Under the pieces are notes generated by a model that was given only the letters and a program-made list of their open reading frames with translations, searched no databases and had not been told where the DNA came from. The position numbers were made by a program, and so were the translations under genes. Shown here in pieces: positions 28,522 to 37,755 of a stretch of 64,000 bases of DNA. Every line of letters begins with the position of its first letter. Positions within the stretch are counted from its first letter, which is position 1. The stretch lies in the NCBI GenBank assembly GCA_963674735.2, contig CAXXQS010000002.1, positions 608,001 to 672,000 on the forward strand, read 5' to 3'. This stretch comes from Myxococcota bacterium (GTDB lineage: Bacteria; Myxococcota_A; SURF-8).

Positions 28522-28823
28522 ATCCGATCTCCGAAGTACAACCTGAATTCAGCAAGAACGACCTGCGCAGCCTAAGGTTTGCCACCCTATCTGAGCTCTA
28601 TCTGTGTAGTTACGACAATCGCGTGTTCAAAGCACGAAAACCCCTATCCGGCACAACAACCGATTTCAAGCACTCCTCCGTCCCATAAGCTTCCCTTTGT
28701 ATAGTTCGGTTAGCCTACCTTAAAGTTTGGTGTTTTCCCGATTTTTTAATAATAAAAAGCAGATTTGTCATTTTTTACAGGCAAGTAAAAGAAACCGCAA
28801 TTCATTTACCTTTACATTCCCCT

Positions 28824-28857
28824 AAAAAAAGCCGGCGCTCCCCGTCGGGAACGCCGG
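28824..28857 (-). terminator. Intrinsic terminator of the Kazal gene
   Basis: A7 run then CCGGCG.TCCC-CGTC-GGGA.CGCCGG hairpin. Confidence 0.7.
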
Positions 28858-28888
28858 ATAGCCGAGCTTTCAGATAGGTTGGCAAACC

Positions 28889-31800
28889 TTAAGGCTCGCA
28901 AGCTCCGACGTAATCCACTTTCTGCGCCGCCATGGCCGCATAGCAAGGGCTTTGGTAGGTTTCACCGTCACAGCCACAGACCGGGTTGCGCTCCAACGGA
29001 TTACAGGAACTGGGGGCCTGAATGCATGCGCCCGGGAATTGGTTACAGGCCTCGGGCATGCAGTAATAACCGCGTGGGCAGAACGCGCCCCCGAAGCACT
29101 CGTTATCGATGCATTCCCCAGTATAATCCACGGATACCCCGGCCTGGGCGGCCAGGCAAGGATTGGAGTAGGTTGAGCCGTTGCAGCCGCAAACGGGATC
29201 CCACAGGTAGGTGCAGCCCGTCGGAAACGGCTCGCAAACCCCCTCGATATCCCAGCATTCCGCGTAATCGCAGTAACTGCCGCTCGGACAACGCGTATCG
29301 GCACCGCAGGCGATCGGGTTGCAGGGGCCCTCCCGATCCACCGAGACGCCCGCCATGGCGGCGAAGCAGTCGTTCTCGTAGGTTTCGTCATTACAGCCGC
29401 AAACCGGATCGTAAATATCCGGGCAAGCCGTGGGACGCGTTTCGCAAGCGCCGGTTTCCTGGGCGCAGTCGTCGAACAGGCAATACTGATCGCGGTAGCA
29501 ATCGTAGTTGGAGAAGCAGCTGATACTTTCACATTCCCCCGCGTAATCCACCGACATGCCGTAGTAAGCGGCGTAACAGGCGTTGGCGTAAGTTTGGCCG
29601 TCGCAGCCGCAGACCGGGTCGTAGATGTCCAGACAGCGGGTCGGCCGCTCCACGCACTCGCCCATTTCCAACCCGCAGTTGGAATAATGGCAATACTCGC
29701 TATCGGCGCACATGTCGTTATCCCAGCAATAGGGCGGCTGGCATTCGCCCTCGTAATCCACCGAGACCCCGTAATACGCCGCCGTACAGGCATTCATGTA
29801 GGTTTGCCCATCGCAGCCGCAAACCGGATCCCAAATCAGCGGGCAGAGGGTCGGCCGCTCGCGGCAAACGCCCGTCTCGGCATCGCAGTCATCGAGCAGG
29901 CAGTAATCCTCATTGCCGCAGTCGGTATTGTCAAAGCAGGACGTCGGCACGCATTCCCCGGCATAATCCACCGATGTCCCCGCCATGGCGGCGTCGCAGT
30001 CGTTGGCGTAGGTTTCCCCGTCGCAGCCGCAAACCGGATCCCAGACGTCCGGGCAAGCGCTCGGACGCGGGTTGCACAGTCCGTGGGCAGCGCAGTCGCC
30101 GACCGGTTTGGCACAATAAGACTCCACGCCGCAGTCACCGCTGTCACGGCAGGGGGTGGGGCATTCGCCCTCGAAGTCCACCGATTCCCCCGCCATGGCG
30201 GCATAACAGGCGTTGGCATAGGTTTCGCCGTCGCAGCCACAAACCGGATCCCACAGGTGCGAGCACTCGGTGGGGCGTTCTTCGCACACACCGCTTTCCG
30301 CCGCGCAGCCATCAAAGCGGCAGTATTCACCCGAGCCGCAATCGCCGTTGCCGTGGCACACGACCGACTGGCATTGCCCGGCGACATCCACCGACACACC
30401 CCCCTCTTTGGCGGCGTAGCAGAAGTTGCTGTAAGTCACACCATCACAGCCGCAAACCGGATCCCATACATCCGGGCAGTTGCTCGGACGTTCGCTGCAC
30501 ACGCCTTCGCTATGGCAGGCCCCGTCATCCTGATCGCAGTAGTCGGAGGCCGCGCAATCTTCCGGACCATCGCAGGGAGTGGGACACGCGCCGTCGTAGG
30601 CCACCGACACACCCGCCGCCGCCGCGAAACAGGCATTGGCATAGGTGTTTCCATCGCAGCCGCACACGGGATCCCATACGTCGGGACAAGCGGAGGGACG
30701 ATCGCGGCATTCCCCGGTTTCCTGGGCGCAGTCGTCGAGATAGCAGTACTCGCCCTCGGCGCAATCGCCGTTGCCGAAGCAGGCAGGCGGCGCGCATGCC
30801 CCGCCGTAATCCACCGTCACGCCCCCCTCTTTGGCGGCATAGCAGGAATTGCTGTAGGTCACACCATCACAACCGCAAACCGGATCCCACACATCCGGAC
30901 AGATCGTGGGCCGCGTTGTGCAGCTTCCCTGCTCATCATCGCAATCGTCGAACAGGCAGTAATCCGCCGCGTCGCACTGCTCGTTACTCAAGCAGCCGTC
31001 ATCCGGACAAACACCGGGAGCGAAAACATTGACCCCGGCAACGGCGGCCACACAGTCATTGGCGTAGGTGATTCCGTCACAACCGCAGACCGGATCGTAC
31101 AACGGCATACAGATTTCGGGTCGGGCGGCGCAGATGCCCTGACCGCTGCAATCGCCTGTATCCTTGCGGCAATACTCTTCCGCCGCGCATTCGTCATTGA
31201 CGCTGCAGCTTTGCGGGCAGGGCCCGTCGAAGTCCACCGACTGCCCGGCCATGGCGGCGAAACAGGCATTGGTATAGGTTTCGCCATCGCAGCCGCAAAC
31301 CGGATCGAGGAGATCCGGACAATCTCCGGGGCGTTCGACGCACAGACCGGTTTCGAGTGCGCATTCCTCGAAATAGCAATACCAGCCCTGCTCGCAATCG
31401 CCATTGCCGAAACAGGTGTCGGGCAGGCAGGCACCCTTGTAATCCACGTTGACACCGGACAAGGCGGCTAAGCAGGCGTTGTCGTAGGTTTCGCCGTCGC
31501 AGCCGCAGACCGGGTCGAAGAGGTTGCTGCATTGATCGGGACGCGGCGTGCAGGTACCGTCTTCGTCGTCGCAATCGCTGAGATAGCAGTAATCCGTTTG
31601 AGCGCAGTCGGCATTGCTCTTGCAGCTCAGGTCGCCTTCCTCCCAATCGCCGTCGGTTACGCAGGCCGGTTGGGAAAGGACCACGGCACAGCCGGGACAG
31701 GTCACGGAAATAGTCTGATCGTCGTTTACCGTGGCGCTGCAGATGCCCAGCACGTCCAGGTCTTCGAAGTCGCAGCCGGTGAAGGAAAAGTCGTAGTCGT

Positions 31801-32464
31801 CCGCCCCGGTGGCGCTGGCGGTTGCGGTGAAATCGCAGTGGACGTCCGGCTCGCCGCTGATCCACAGAGATTCGGGGTGGAAAGCGGGACAGTATTCGCC
31901 CGCCATGGCGGCGATGCAATAATCTCCCGGCAACCAGCCGCATTCGGGACAGGGCGCGCTTGCGTCGCCATCGGTTGCGTCACCGTCGCTTTCGTCGCCA
32001 TCGGTTGCGTCACCGTCGCTTTCGTCGCCATCGGTTTCGTCGCCGTCGCTTTCGTCGCCGTCGGTTTCGTCACCATCGGTTTCGTCGCCATCGGTTTCGT
32101 CGCCATCGGTTTCGTCACCATCGGTTTCATCGCCGTCGGTTTCGTCGCCGTCGGTTTCGTCGCCATCGGTTTCGTCACCATCGGTTTCGTCGCCGTCGGT
32201 TTCGTCACCATCGGTTTCATCGCCCTCCGGTTTTTCACCATCGGACATGTCGCCGTCGGGAAGCAGCGCATCCACTTCGCCATCGGCTTCCCAATCGCCG
32301 TCCGCCACCGGCCGATCGCCGTCGTCTTCCACATCGCCATCGTTTAGCGACTCATCACCGTCGACCAGACCGCCGATGCCCGCATCAGCGCAGGCAAACA
32401 ATGAAGCAGCCAGAATCCCCAGTGCAATGGCCAGCATGGCCGCATGCAACACCTTCGTCATCAT
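28889..32464 (-). CDS. Lipoprotein with DGD stalk and 13 Kazal-type serine protease inhibitor domains
   Basis: AAGGAGG RBS, lipobox LFAC, 13 copies of C-x5/6-PVCGC(D/N)x-xTY-x-(N/S)-x-C-x-A...G-x-C, each preceded by a small Cys-rich spacer. Confidence 0.88.
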   Translation of the reverse strand: MMTKVLHAAMLAIALGILAASLFACADAGIGGLVDGDESLNDGDVEDDGDRPVADGDWEADGEVDALLPDGDMSDGEKPEGDETDGDETDGDETDGDETDGDETDGDETDGDETDGDETDGDETDGDETDGDETDGDESDGDETDGDESDGDATDGDESDGDATDGDASAPCPECGWLPGDYCIAAMAGEYCPAFHPESLWISGEPDVHCDFTATASATGADDYDFSFTGCDFEDLDVLGICSATVNDDQTISVTCPGCAVVLSQPACVTDGDWEEGDLSCKSNADCAQTDYCYLSDCDDEDGTCTPRPDQCSNLFDPVCGCDGETYDNACLAALSGVNVDYKGACLPDTCFGNGDCEQGWYCYFEECALETGLCVERPGDCPDLLDPVCGCDGETYTNACFAAMAGQSVDFDGPCPQSCSVNDECAAEEYCRKDTGDCSGQGICAARPEICMPLYDPVCGCDGITYANDCVAAVAGVNVFAPGVCPDDGCLSNEQCDAADYCLFDDCDDEQGSCTTRPTICPDVWDPVCGCDGVTYSNSCYAAKEGGVTVDYGGACAPPACFGNGDCAEGEYCYLDDCAQETGECRDRPSACPDVWDPVCGCDGNTYANACFAAAAGVSVAYDGACPTPCDGPEDCAASDYCDQDDGACHSEGVCSERPSNCPDVWDPVCGCDGVTYSNFCYAAKEGGVSVDVAGQCQSVVCHGNGDCGSGEYCRFDGCAAESGVCEERPTECSHLWDPVCGCDGETYANACYAAMAGESVDFEGECPTPCRDSGDCGVESYCAKPVGDCAAHGLCNPRPSACPDVWDPVCGCDGETYANDCDAAMAGTSVDYAGECVPTSCFDNTDCGNEDYCLLDDCDAETGVCRERPTLCPLIWDPVCGCDGQTYMNACTAAYYGVSVDYEGECQPPYCWDNDMCADSEYCHYSNCGLEMGECVERPTRCLDIYDPVCGCDGQTYANACYAAYYGMSVDYAGECESISCFSNYDCYRDQYCLFDDCAQETGACETRPTACPDIYDPVCGCNDETYENDCFAAMAGVSVDREGPCNPIACGADTRCPSGSYCDYAECWDIEGVCEPFPTGCTYLWDPVCGCNGSTYSNPCLAAQAGVSVDYTGECIDNECFGGAFCPRGYYCMPEACNQFPGACIQAPSSCNPLERNPVCGCDGETYQSPCYAAMAAQKVDYVGACEP
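31958..32227 (-). repeat. 15-bp coding tandem repeat, 18 units (DGDET/DGDES/DGDAT)
   Basis: 270 bp of TCG(C/T)C(A/G)TCGGTTTCG-type units. Confidence 0.95.
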
Positions 32465-32864
32465 GGCCTCCTTCCCCACTACCATCACATAACCGATAAC
32501 TTATTTTACGCAACAACGACGATTTATTAAAGGAAATAACCTTCGTTTACGGCATCGCCGTATCGACAATCAACCGAATGTCGGCTTCTGACAAGGTTGT
32601 CTATGCCGGTTGTGTGAAATTAGATGAGTCCGCCGCGCCAATATTCATATCTAAATGAAAATATTACCCCCCGACCTGAGCGCGAGCTGTTTTAACTTGT
32701 TTGTCAGCTGCAGGCGACCGACTTTACACGAGTTATTCGATCGTAATAGGCACACCAACAATCAGGAATAGTTTCGCGCTTTAACCACTCACAGCTAAAG
32801 ATAGGGAAAATCTTCGCTTCATCGGCTGCGCCCTCTGCGGCGCAATAAGGGAAAGGGGTTGATC

Positions 32865-33716
32865 ATGGGCGCCATCTTTCTTACCGGAGCTACCGGTCAG
32901 GTCGGCGGAGCCACCGCCCGTCTGCTGATCGAGCGCGACGCGGACGTTCGTCTGGGTGTTCGCGATCTCGACCGGGCCGAGGCATTGGGCTTGAATCCGC
33001 GCTATTGCACCACGTTTGATTACACGAGACCGGAAACGTACGCGACCGCTTTCGAGGGTATCGATACCCTGTTTCTCGTCACGCCGCCCGCCGATACGCA
33101 AGCCGACCGAACCGTCATTCCGGCGGTGAAAGCCGCCATGGAGGCCGGGGTGGAACGCTTCGTGGTGCACACCGCCATGGGCGTCGACCTGGACGACAAC
33201 CTGCCCATGCGCCGCATCGAGCGCTTCGTCGAAGACACGGGCCGCTGTTACACGCACATCCGGCCCAACTGGTTCATGAACAACACGCTTTCCTGGCTGG
33301 CGGGCGGCATCAAGAACGGCGACATCTTCCTGCCGGCGGGCGAGGGCAAAACCAGTTTCATCGATGTCCAAAACATCGCGCAGGTGGCGGCTCGCGCACT
33401 CACACAACCGGGCCACCACGGCAAAGCCTACACACTCACCGGCCCCGAAGCCCTGAGCTACCATGACGTGGCGAGCATTCTGAGCGAAGCGCTCGGCCGT
33501 CTGGTGCGCTACACGCCGATCAGCGACGAGCAGGCGCAAACGGCCTTCACGAGCATGGGGTATTCCGACCAGGCCGCCGCGTTCATGCTGAATCTGTTCG
33601 CCGTGGTGCGTGAGGGTTACACCGCCCCCATCACCGACACAGTGAAGACCGTCACCGGGCGCGATCCGACCCGCTTCATGCAGTTCGCCTATGCCAACCG
33701 GAAGGCCTGGGAGTAA
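32865..33716 (+). CDS. NmrA-like / atypical SDR NAD(P)-binding oxidoreductase
   Basis: TGATGQVG, IRPNWFMNN, SFIDVQNIA, YTLTGPEALS. Confidence 0.9.
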   Translation: MGAIFLTGATGQVGGATARLLIERDADVRLGVRDLDRAEALGLNPRYCTTFDYTRPETYATAFEGIDTLFLVTPPADTQADRTVIPAVKAAMEAGVERFVVHTAMGVDLDDNLPMRRIERFVEDTGRCYTHIRPNWFMNNTLSWLAGGIKNGDIFLPAGEGKTSFIDVQNIAQVAARALTQPGHHGKAYTLTGPEALSYHDVASILSEALGRLVRYTPISDEQAQTAFTSMGYSDQAAAFMLNLFAVVREGYTAPITDTVKTVTGRDPTRFMQFAYANRKAWE

Positions 33717-33739
33717 AGGCGGCCGCGATCCGTTTCCTT

Positions 33740-33768
33740 CGTCGGTCTTTACGGACCGGCGTTTTTTT
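33740..33768 (+). terminator. Intrinsic terminator
   Basis: CGTCGGTCT-TTAC-GGACCGGCG followed by T7. Confidence 0.65.
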
Positions 33769-34521
33769 CGGGGCGAAGTCGGTTATCCATCCGACAATCG
33801 CGCGTGGCTGTGTTTCGAAACTGAAACCACGATCGTGCATCCCAACCGGCTACGTTTTGCGCGTTTTGCGCCTTAGGGTTCCATCGCCGCGCGCGACGAT
33901 TTGTGTCGAATCGGCACATTTCAGAGGACAGCCCCTAGAATGGCCGCTTTGCCGGGGGGTCGCTCAGGACGCTCAATGCGCTCGTTGCGCCGGTTTTGGG
34001 GGGCCTTTTTCGGTTTTCGCGAAATCATTGGGTTTTTCGGCGCGCCGTTTTTTGGCAGGATCATTTCCCATCGGGTAGCTAGGATTGCCGTAATACGTCA
34101 CATCCAACGGCATGGTTTTTATCCGATGCGTCATTCCCACCGCTACCAACAACGTTTCTCGGCGACACTAATAACATATTTTAACTAATGATTTCAAGTG
34201 GCTGGAGCGAGCACCGCGCGCTTGCATGCGCCCGGCAGCGCAGCCACAGTTTGATCCGTTTGCGCCATATATACTTCACCACTAACTATACTTAATATAT
34301 TACACTTTCTGTAATAGTTATGCCCGCCTAAGTCGAGGCGATATGCCTTTGATATTACTGGGGAATCTCCAATTTCGAACAGACCACCCCGACGGCGGCC
34401 GCCCAATCGCCCGGAAATGCGCTCTTTCACGTGTATTATCATAACGTTGCAGATCAGGGGGCGGCAAATCCGCACTCCCGCCTCCCTCCCAGCCCCGCAA
34501 CTCCGCCCCACGCCCCAAATG

Positions 34522-34545
34522 AAAAAGCCGGTCGAAAGACCGGCT
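34522..34545 (-). terminator. Intrinsic terminator after exbD
   Basis: AAAAAGCCGGTC-GAAA-GACCGGCT. Confidence 0.75.
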
Positions 34546-34587
34546 GGAGCACAGTGTGTATCATCTGTTCTACTTGGTGATGACCGC

Positions 34588-35130
34588 TCAAGGTCGGATG
34601 GACGCCTCCGCCTCATCACCGGGGGGCGCCGCCGGGACCGGTGCCTGGGCCGCGTCGGGATCGACGTTGAAGGCGTATTTCAAAATCCCCACCCGTCGCG
34701 CGCGGTCGATGAAATGGATGACGCGCCCATGGGAAACGGCCGTATCGGCCTGGATCACCATGGTCAGTTCGTTGCGCGCCATCAGCGTGAGTTGATTGTC
34801 GCTCACCGACCGCCCTTCCGCGTCGAGCCGCTGGGCTTTGTCGTGTTTGAACTCGTCGAGCAACTGCCGGAATTCCCCGTCGATGCCCTCCGCCTGCACG
34901 GCGCGTTCGCCGATCGCCACGGAACCGTCTTTTCCCAACAGCAGTGAAAACTGGTTGCGCTCCTTGGCCTCGCCCGTGTCGGCTTTGGGCAGCTCCATGT
35001 CGATGGCCGGTTTCACCATGAAGTTGGCCGTGACCATGAAGATGATGAGTAGTACCAAAACGATATCCACCAGCGGAACGACGTTGATGCCGGTGATGGC
35101 GTCGTCGTAATTGTCAACGGCGTGTGCCAT
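34588..35130 (-). CDS. exbD: ExbD/TolR family protein
   Basis: INVVPLVDIVLVLLIIFMVT with the conserved TM Asp; 'IQAD..V.HG.V'. AAGGAG RBS overlaps the exbB stop. Confidence 0.92.
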   Translation of the reverse strand: MAHAVDNYDDAITGINVVPLVDIVLVLLIIFMVTANFMVKPAIDMELPKADTGEAKERNQFSLLLGKDGSVAIGERAVQAEGIDGEFRQLLDEFKHDKAQRLDAEGRSVSDNQLTLMARNELTMVIQADTAVSHGRVIHFIDRARRVGILKYAFNVDPDAAQAPVPAAPPGDEAEASIRP

Positions 35131-35140
35131 GATGATCTCC

Positions 35141-35797
35141 TTACGCGGCGAGCTTCGTCGGCGGTTCGCGGTTTTCGCCGGGTTCTTCGATGAAGGCCAG
35201 CAGCGTTTTTTCGAGCTGGGCGATGTTGCTCATGATCTGCTTCTGGCGGTTTTTGAAATAGTTGAAAAACACCACCGCCGGTATCGCCACCAAAAGCCCG
35301 ACGGCCGTCGCCACCAACGCCTCGGCGATGCCGCCCATCACCACGGACGGTCCGCCCTGCGCATTGAAAGCCAGATCGTGAAAGGCCTTGATGATGCCGA
35401 GCACCGTTCCCAAAAGACCGATGAACGGCGCATTCGAGCCGACCGTGCCCAGCACGATCAAGCCGCGATCGAGCTGCTGCTGCTCGCGCATCGTTTGGGA
35501 TTCCATCAGTTCGCGCACCACCGTCGCGCCCTTGTCGAAATTGGCCAGGCCCTCAGCCGCCACCCGCGATTCGGCGGTGGATTTTTCCTGGGCGCTCGCC
35601 AGCGCCTGCTCGCGCTCGCCCGCATTGAGGCGCGTGACCAGCTCGGCGCTGAAGGCTCCCGTATCGAGGCGATTTTTACGGTAGGTCCAAAACCGTTCGA
35701 CGACCACCGTCACGCTGATCAAACTGATCGCGATCATGAGATATAAAATCGGCTCGCCGCCGATGAGCGCCAGTTCCAACAGTCGATCCACCATCAT
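35141..35797 (-). CDS. exbB: MotA/TolQ/ExbB proton channel protein
   Basis: LGTVGSNAPFIGLLGTVLGII, GIAEALVATAVGLLVAIPA. Confidence 0.93.
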   Translation of the reverse strand: MMVDRLLELALIGGEPILYLMIAISLISVTVVVERFWTYRKNRLDTGAFSAELVTRLNAGEREQALASAQEKSTAESRVAAEGLANFDKGATVVRELMESQTMREQQQLDRGLIVLGTVGSNAPFIGLLGTVLGIIKAFHDLAFNAQGGPSVVMGGIAEALVATAVGLLVAIPAVVFFNYFKNRQKQIMSNIAQLEKTLLAFIEEPGENREPPTKLAA

Positions 35798-35857
35798 CGT
35801 CTCCTTGTGCAAGCCCGCCCGTTCGCGGGGGTTGATCCAGTCGCGGCCCGTGGGCCG

Positions 35858-36082
35858 TTACAAGCATGAACACCGCGGCCTGAATAATCTGTTACCGGCA
35901 CGCGGCAGTTTTCGCAGCCCGTTCGGGCGGGCCGGTTTGCGACGCGGTCGCCAACTCGCCAGAACGATGAGCCCGAGAACCAGGGCGGCGATCAGCGCGA
36001 CCCCCGACACTATCGCCGCAAACAACCAGAGCAGCAGATCCGGTCCAAGAAATTCAAGCAGGGGTTCCATCCACGTCGGCAT
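35858..36082 (-). CDS. Small single-TM membrane protein (74 aa) with basic tail
   Basis: AAGGAGG RBS; MPTWMEPLLEFLGPD, then a ~27-aa hydrophobic run, then an Arg-rich tail ending CSCL. Confidence 0.55.
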   Translation of the reverse strand: MPTWMEPLLEFLGPDLLLWLFAAIVSGVALIAALVLGLIVLASWRPRRKPARPNGLRKLPRAGNRLFRPRCSCL

Positions 36083-36206
36083 GGGAGCCTCCTTTCCGGC
36101 GGGCTTGAGCTCGCGTTTCAGCGGCGGCGAATCCGGTTGGCGGTCGCCGTTCGTCTTGGTTTCAACAGCCCGCGAAACACAAAGGTCGTAAAACCAATAC
36201 AACTCT

Positions 36207-36240
36207 AAAAAAGGGGGGCCGCGGGACAAAGTCCCGCGGC
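36207..36240 (-). terminator. Intrinsic terminator after the beta-barrel gene
   Basis: GCCGCGGGAC-AAA-GTCCCGCGGC stem, with C-run and T6 downstream on the - strand. Confidence 0.65.
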
Positions 36241-36259
36241 TAGGGAAGGACAGGAAGGT

Positions 36260-37201
36260 CTAGTTGAAGGTCGCGGAGAAGAGAAGCATCCCGCCGCCCT
36301 GGTGGACGGTCAGGTCATCGCTTTTGGCATAGCCGTAGGTGCCGCGCGCCGCCAGGCCCAGGCCCCAGTTGTCGCTCACCCACCACTCCTTGCCGACCGA
36401 AAGGCCCAGGCTCACGCCGGGCATCGTCTCATACTCGTGCTCACCGTCGTCGTACATATTGAGCACGGTGAGGCTGTGACCGACATCGGCGGACAGATAA
36501 ACGTTAACCGGCATGAAGTAATAGGTGAGGCCCAAGGAAAAGCTGAGGCTGGTGAAGTCACGCTGGTAATGATCATGATCTTCGAAGAGCGTACCCCAAA
36601 GCCAGAAGTCGCCGTGCAAAATCAGGTTTTCGGTCACCGCGCCGCCGAGGGACAACCCGAAGGCCGAGGTCGGGCCGCTTTCCTCGGGGTCTTTGACATC
36701 CGGGTGATACGTCGGCGCGTCGGTTGTGCCCGAAGCGTTGAACGTCCCGAAACCCAGCCCCGGCGTCAGACGCAGGAAAAAGCCGTCGTGGGTATGCACG
36801 CCCACCGGCTCTTCCTCCGGCTCCTCGCTGATCGTGGCATCTTCCTCGCTCGTGTCCTGAGAAACGTTGAGCTTGGCCATTTCGGCTTCCGCTTTGGCTT
36901 TTTCGGCTTCGGCCTGCGCTTTTTTAGCTTCCGCTTTGGCGATTTCGGCCTCTAAGCGCGCCTTTTCCACTTTCAACCGCAACGCCTCGGCCTCCGGGTC
37001 GGGAGAGGTGGGAGGCGGCGGCGAGACGGCGTCAGAGGACGTCGCCTCGACCGCGCCGAGGGTGGGTGCAACCAACTCCGGCCGAGTGTCGCCTTGCGGC
37101 TCGGCCCAGGCGGAGTGAGTGCCGAAAAGAAGTAGAAAGGCTAGAATAGCCTGAGAAGCCACTCGTTTATAGATCGCTGTCGATTGTGTTCGCGTGTTCA
37201 T
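36260..37201 (-). CDS. Outer-membrane beta-barrel protein with N-terminal Ala/Glu/Lys coiled coil
   Basis: Signal peptide ending AWA; coiled coil; 'HTHDGFFLRL' then alternating amphipathic strands ('GKEWWVSDNWGLG'); ends SATFN. GAGGAG RBS. Confidence 0.75.
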   Translation of the reverse strand: MNTRTQSTAIYKRVASQAILAFLLLFGTHSAWAEPQGDTRPELVAPTLGAVEATSSDAVSPPPPTSPDPEAEALRLKVEKARLEAEIAKAEAKKAQAEAEKAKAEAEMAKLNVSQDTSEEDATISEEPEEEPVGVHTHDGFFLRLTPGLGFGTFNASGTTDAPTYHPDVKDPEESGPTSAFGLSLGGAVTENLILHGDFWLWGTLFEDHDHYQRDFTSLSFSLGLTYYFMPVNVYLSADVGHSLTVLNMYDDGEHEYETMPGVSLGLSVGKEWWVSDNWGLGLAARGTYGYAKSDDLTVHQGGGMLLFSATFN

Positions 37202-37236
37202 GCTCTCCTCCGTGGATGACGAGTCGGCCGCTGTGA

Positions 37237-37401
37237 TCAGCCGTCTTTCCGAGTCAGGATCTTGTCGATTTCGACCTGCTCGCGCCAATTCAAATAGACA
37301 CCACGTCCCATCCAACTCGCCGAAATCAACCCGACCATCGCCAACAAAGTCGACGTGGCATCGCCCGCCAGACTGGCTGTTTGGATGAGTTGTTCGAACA
37401 T
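37237..37401 (-). CDS. Small membrane protein (54 aa)
   Basis: Perfect TAAGGAGG RBS 5 nt before ATG; MFEQLIQTASLAGDATSTLLAMVGLISASWMGRGVYLNWREQVEIDKILTRKDG has one hydrophobic segment. Confidence 0.6.
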   Translation of the reverse strand: MFEQLIQTASLAGDATSTLLAMVGLISASWMGRGVYLNWREQVEIDKILTRKDG

Positions 37402-37519
37402 GGCGTCCTCCTTATCGGTCGGCGATGTCGATCTCGCCTTGCATGCCGTAAACACCGCCGAGGAGAGAATGTGTCACTCTTTTCATTTTTCATCGTGCCC
37501 ATGCACGCGGAAAGGAAGA

Positions 37520-37536
37520 AGCAAAGGACGTGCCAA
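37520..37536 (-). promoter_or_regulatory. Sigma-54 (-24/-12) promoter
   Basis: Minus strand TTGGCACGTCCTTTGCT is an exact match to TGGCAC-N5-TTGC(A/T). Confidence 0.8.
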
Positions 37537-37670
37537 CTTTGTCGTATTGTTTACAGCCCTACCTGGAGCGGCCTGGCAAACACCGAAGCGTTTGGAGCGC
37601 CGCCCGCAAAAGCACCATTCTGGGATAGAATTCTCGTGATGGTTTGAAATCACAGACAAAAACGGGATGA

Positions 37671-37698
37671 CGCCAAAATGGTATAGCTCATTTTGACG
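37671..37698. promoter_or_regulatory. Inverted repeat, candidate enhancer (bEBP) binding site
   Basis: CGCCAAAATG-N8-CATTTTGACG (9/10 complementary), about 135-165 bp upstream of the -24 box. Confidence 0.5.
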
Positions 37699-37755
37699 CA
37701 ACGCTTGTCAAGTGGCGGGAATGGGTCTGACAGAAATGTCCGACTCAGACACCAG

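Noticed and set aside
28678-28705. dif-like 11-6-11 arrangement CCGTCCCATAA-GCTTCC-CTTTGTATAGT
   Set aside because: The XerD arm lacks the TTATG core and the centre is GC-rich. It cannot be supported without GC-skew data or a dif profile search.
28889-31520. Recurring ~20-bp DNA motif CAGCCGCA(A/G)ACCGG(A/G)TC about every 205 bp, superficially CRISPR-like
   Set aside because: It encodes DPVCGC of each Kazal domain. The spacing is far too long, the 'spacers' are homologous coding sequence, and there are no cas genes.
31960-32499. Arg/His/Phe-rich ORF (RRHRFRRH...) on +
   Set aside because: Antisense reading of the DGDET repeat, with no independent evidence.
33780-34350. Possible replication origin (AT-rich core)
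   Set aside because: Only one weak TTATCCA-like match, no DnaA-box array and no origin-associated genes nearby. Kept only as an unexplained interval.
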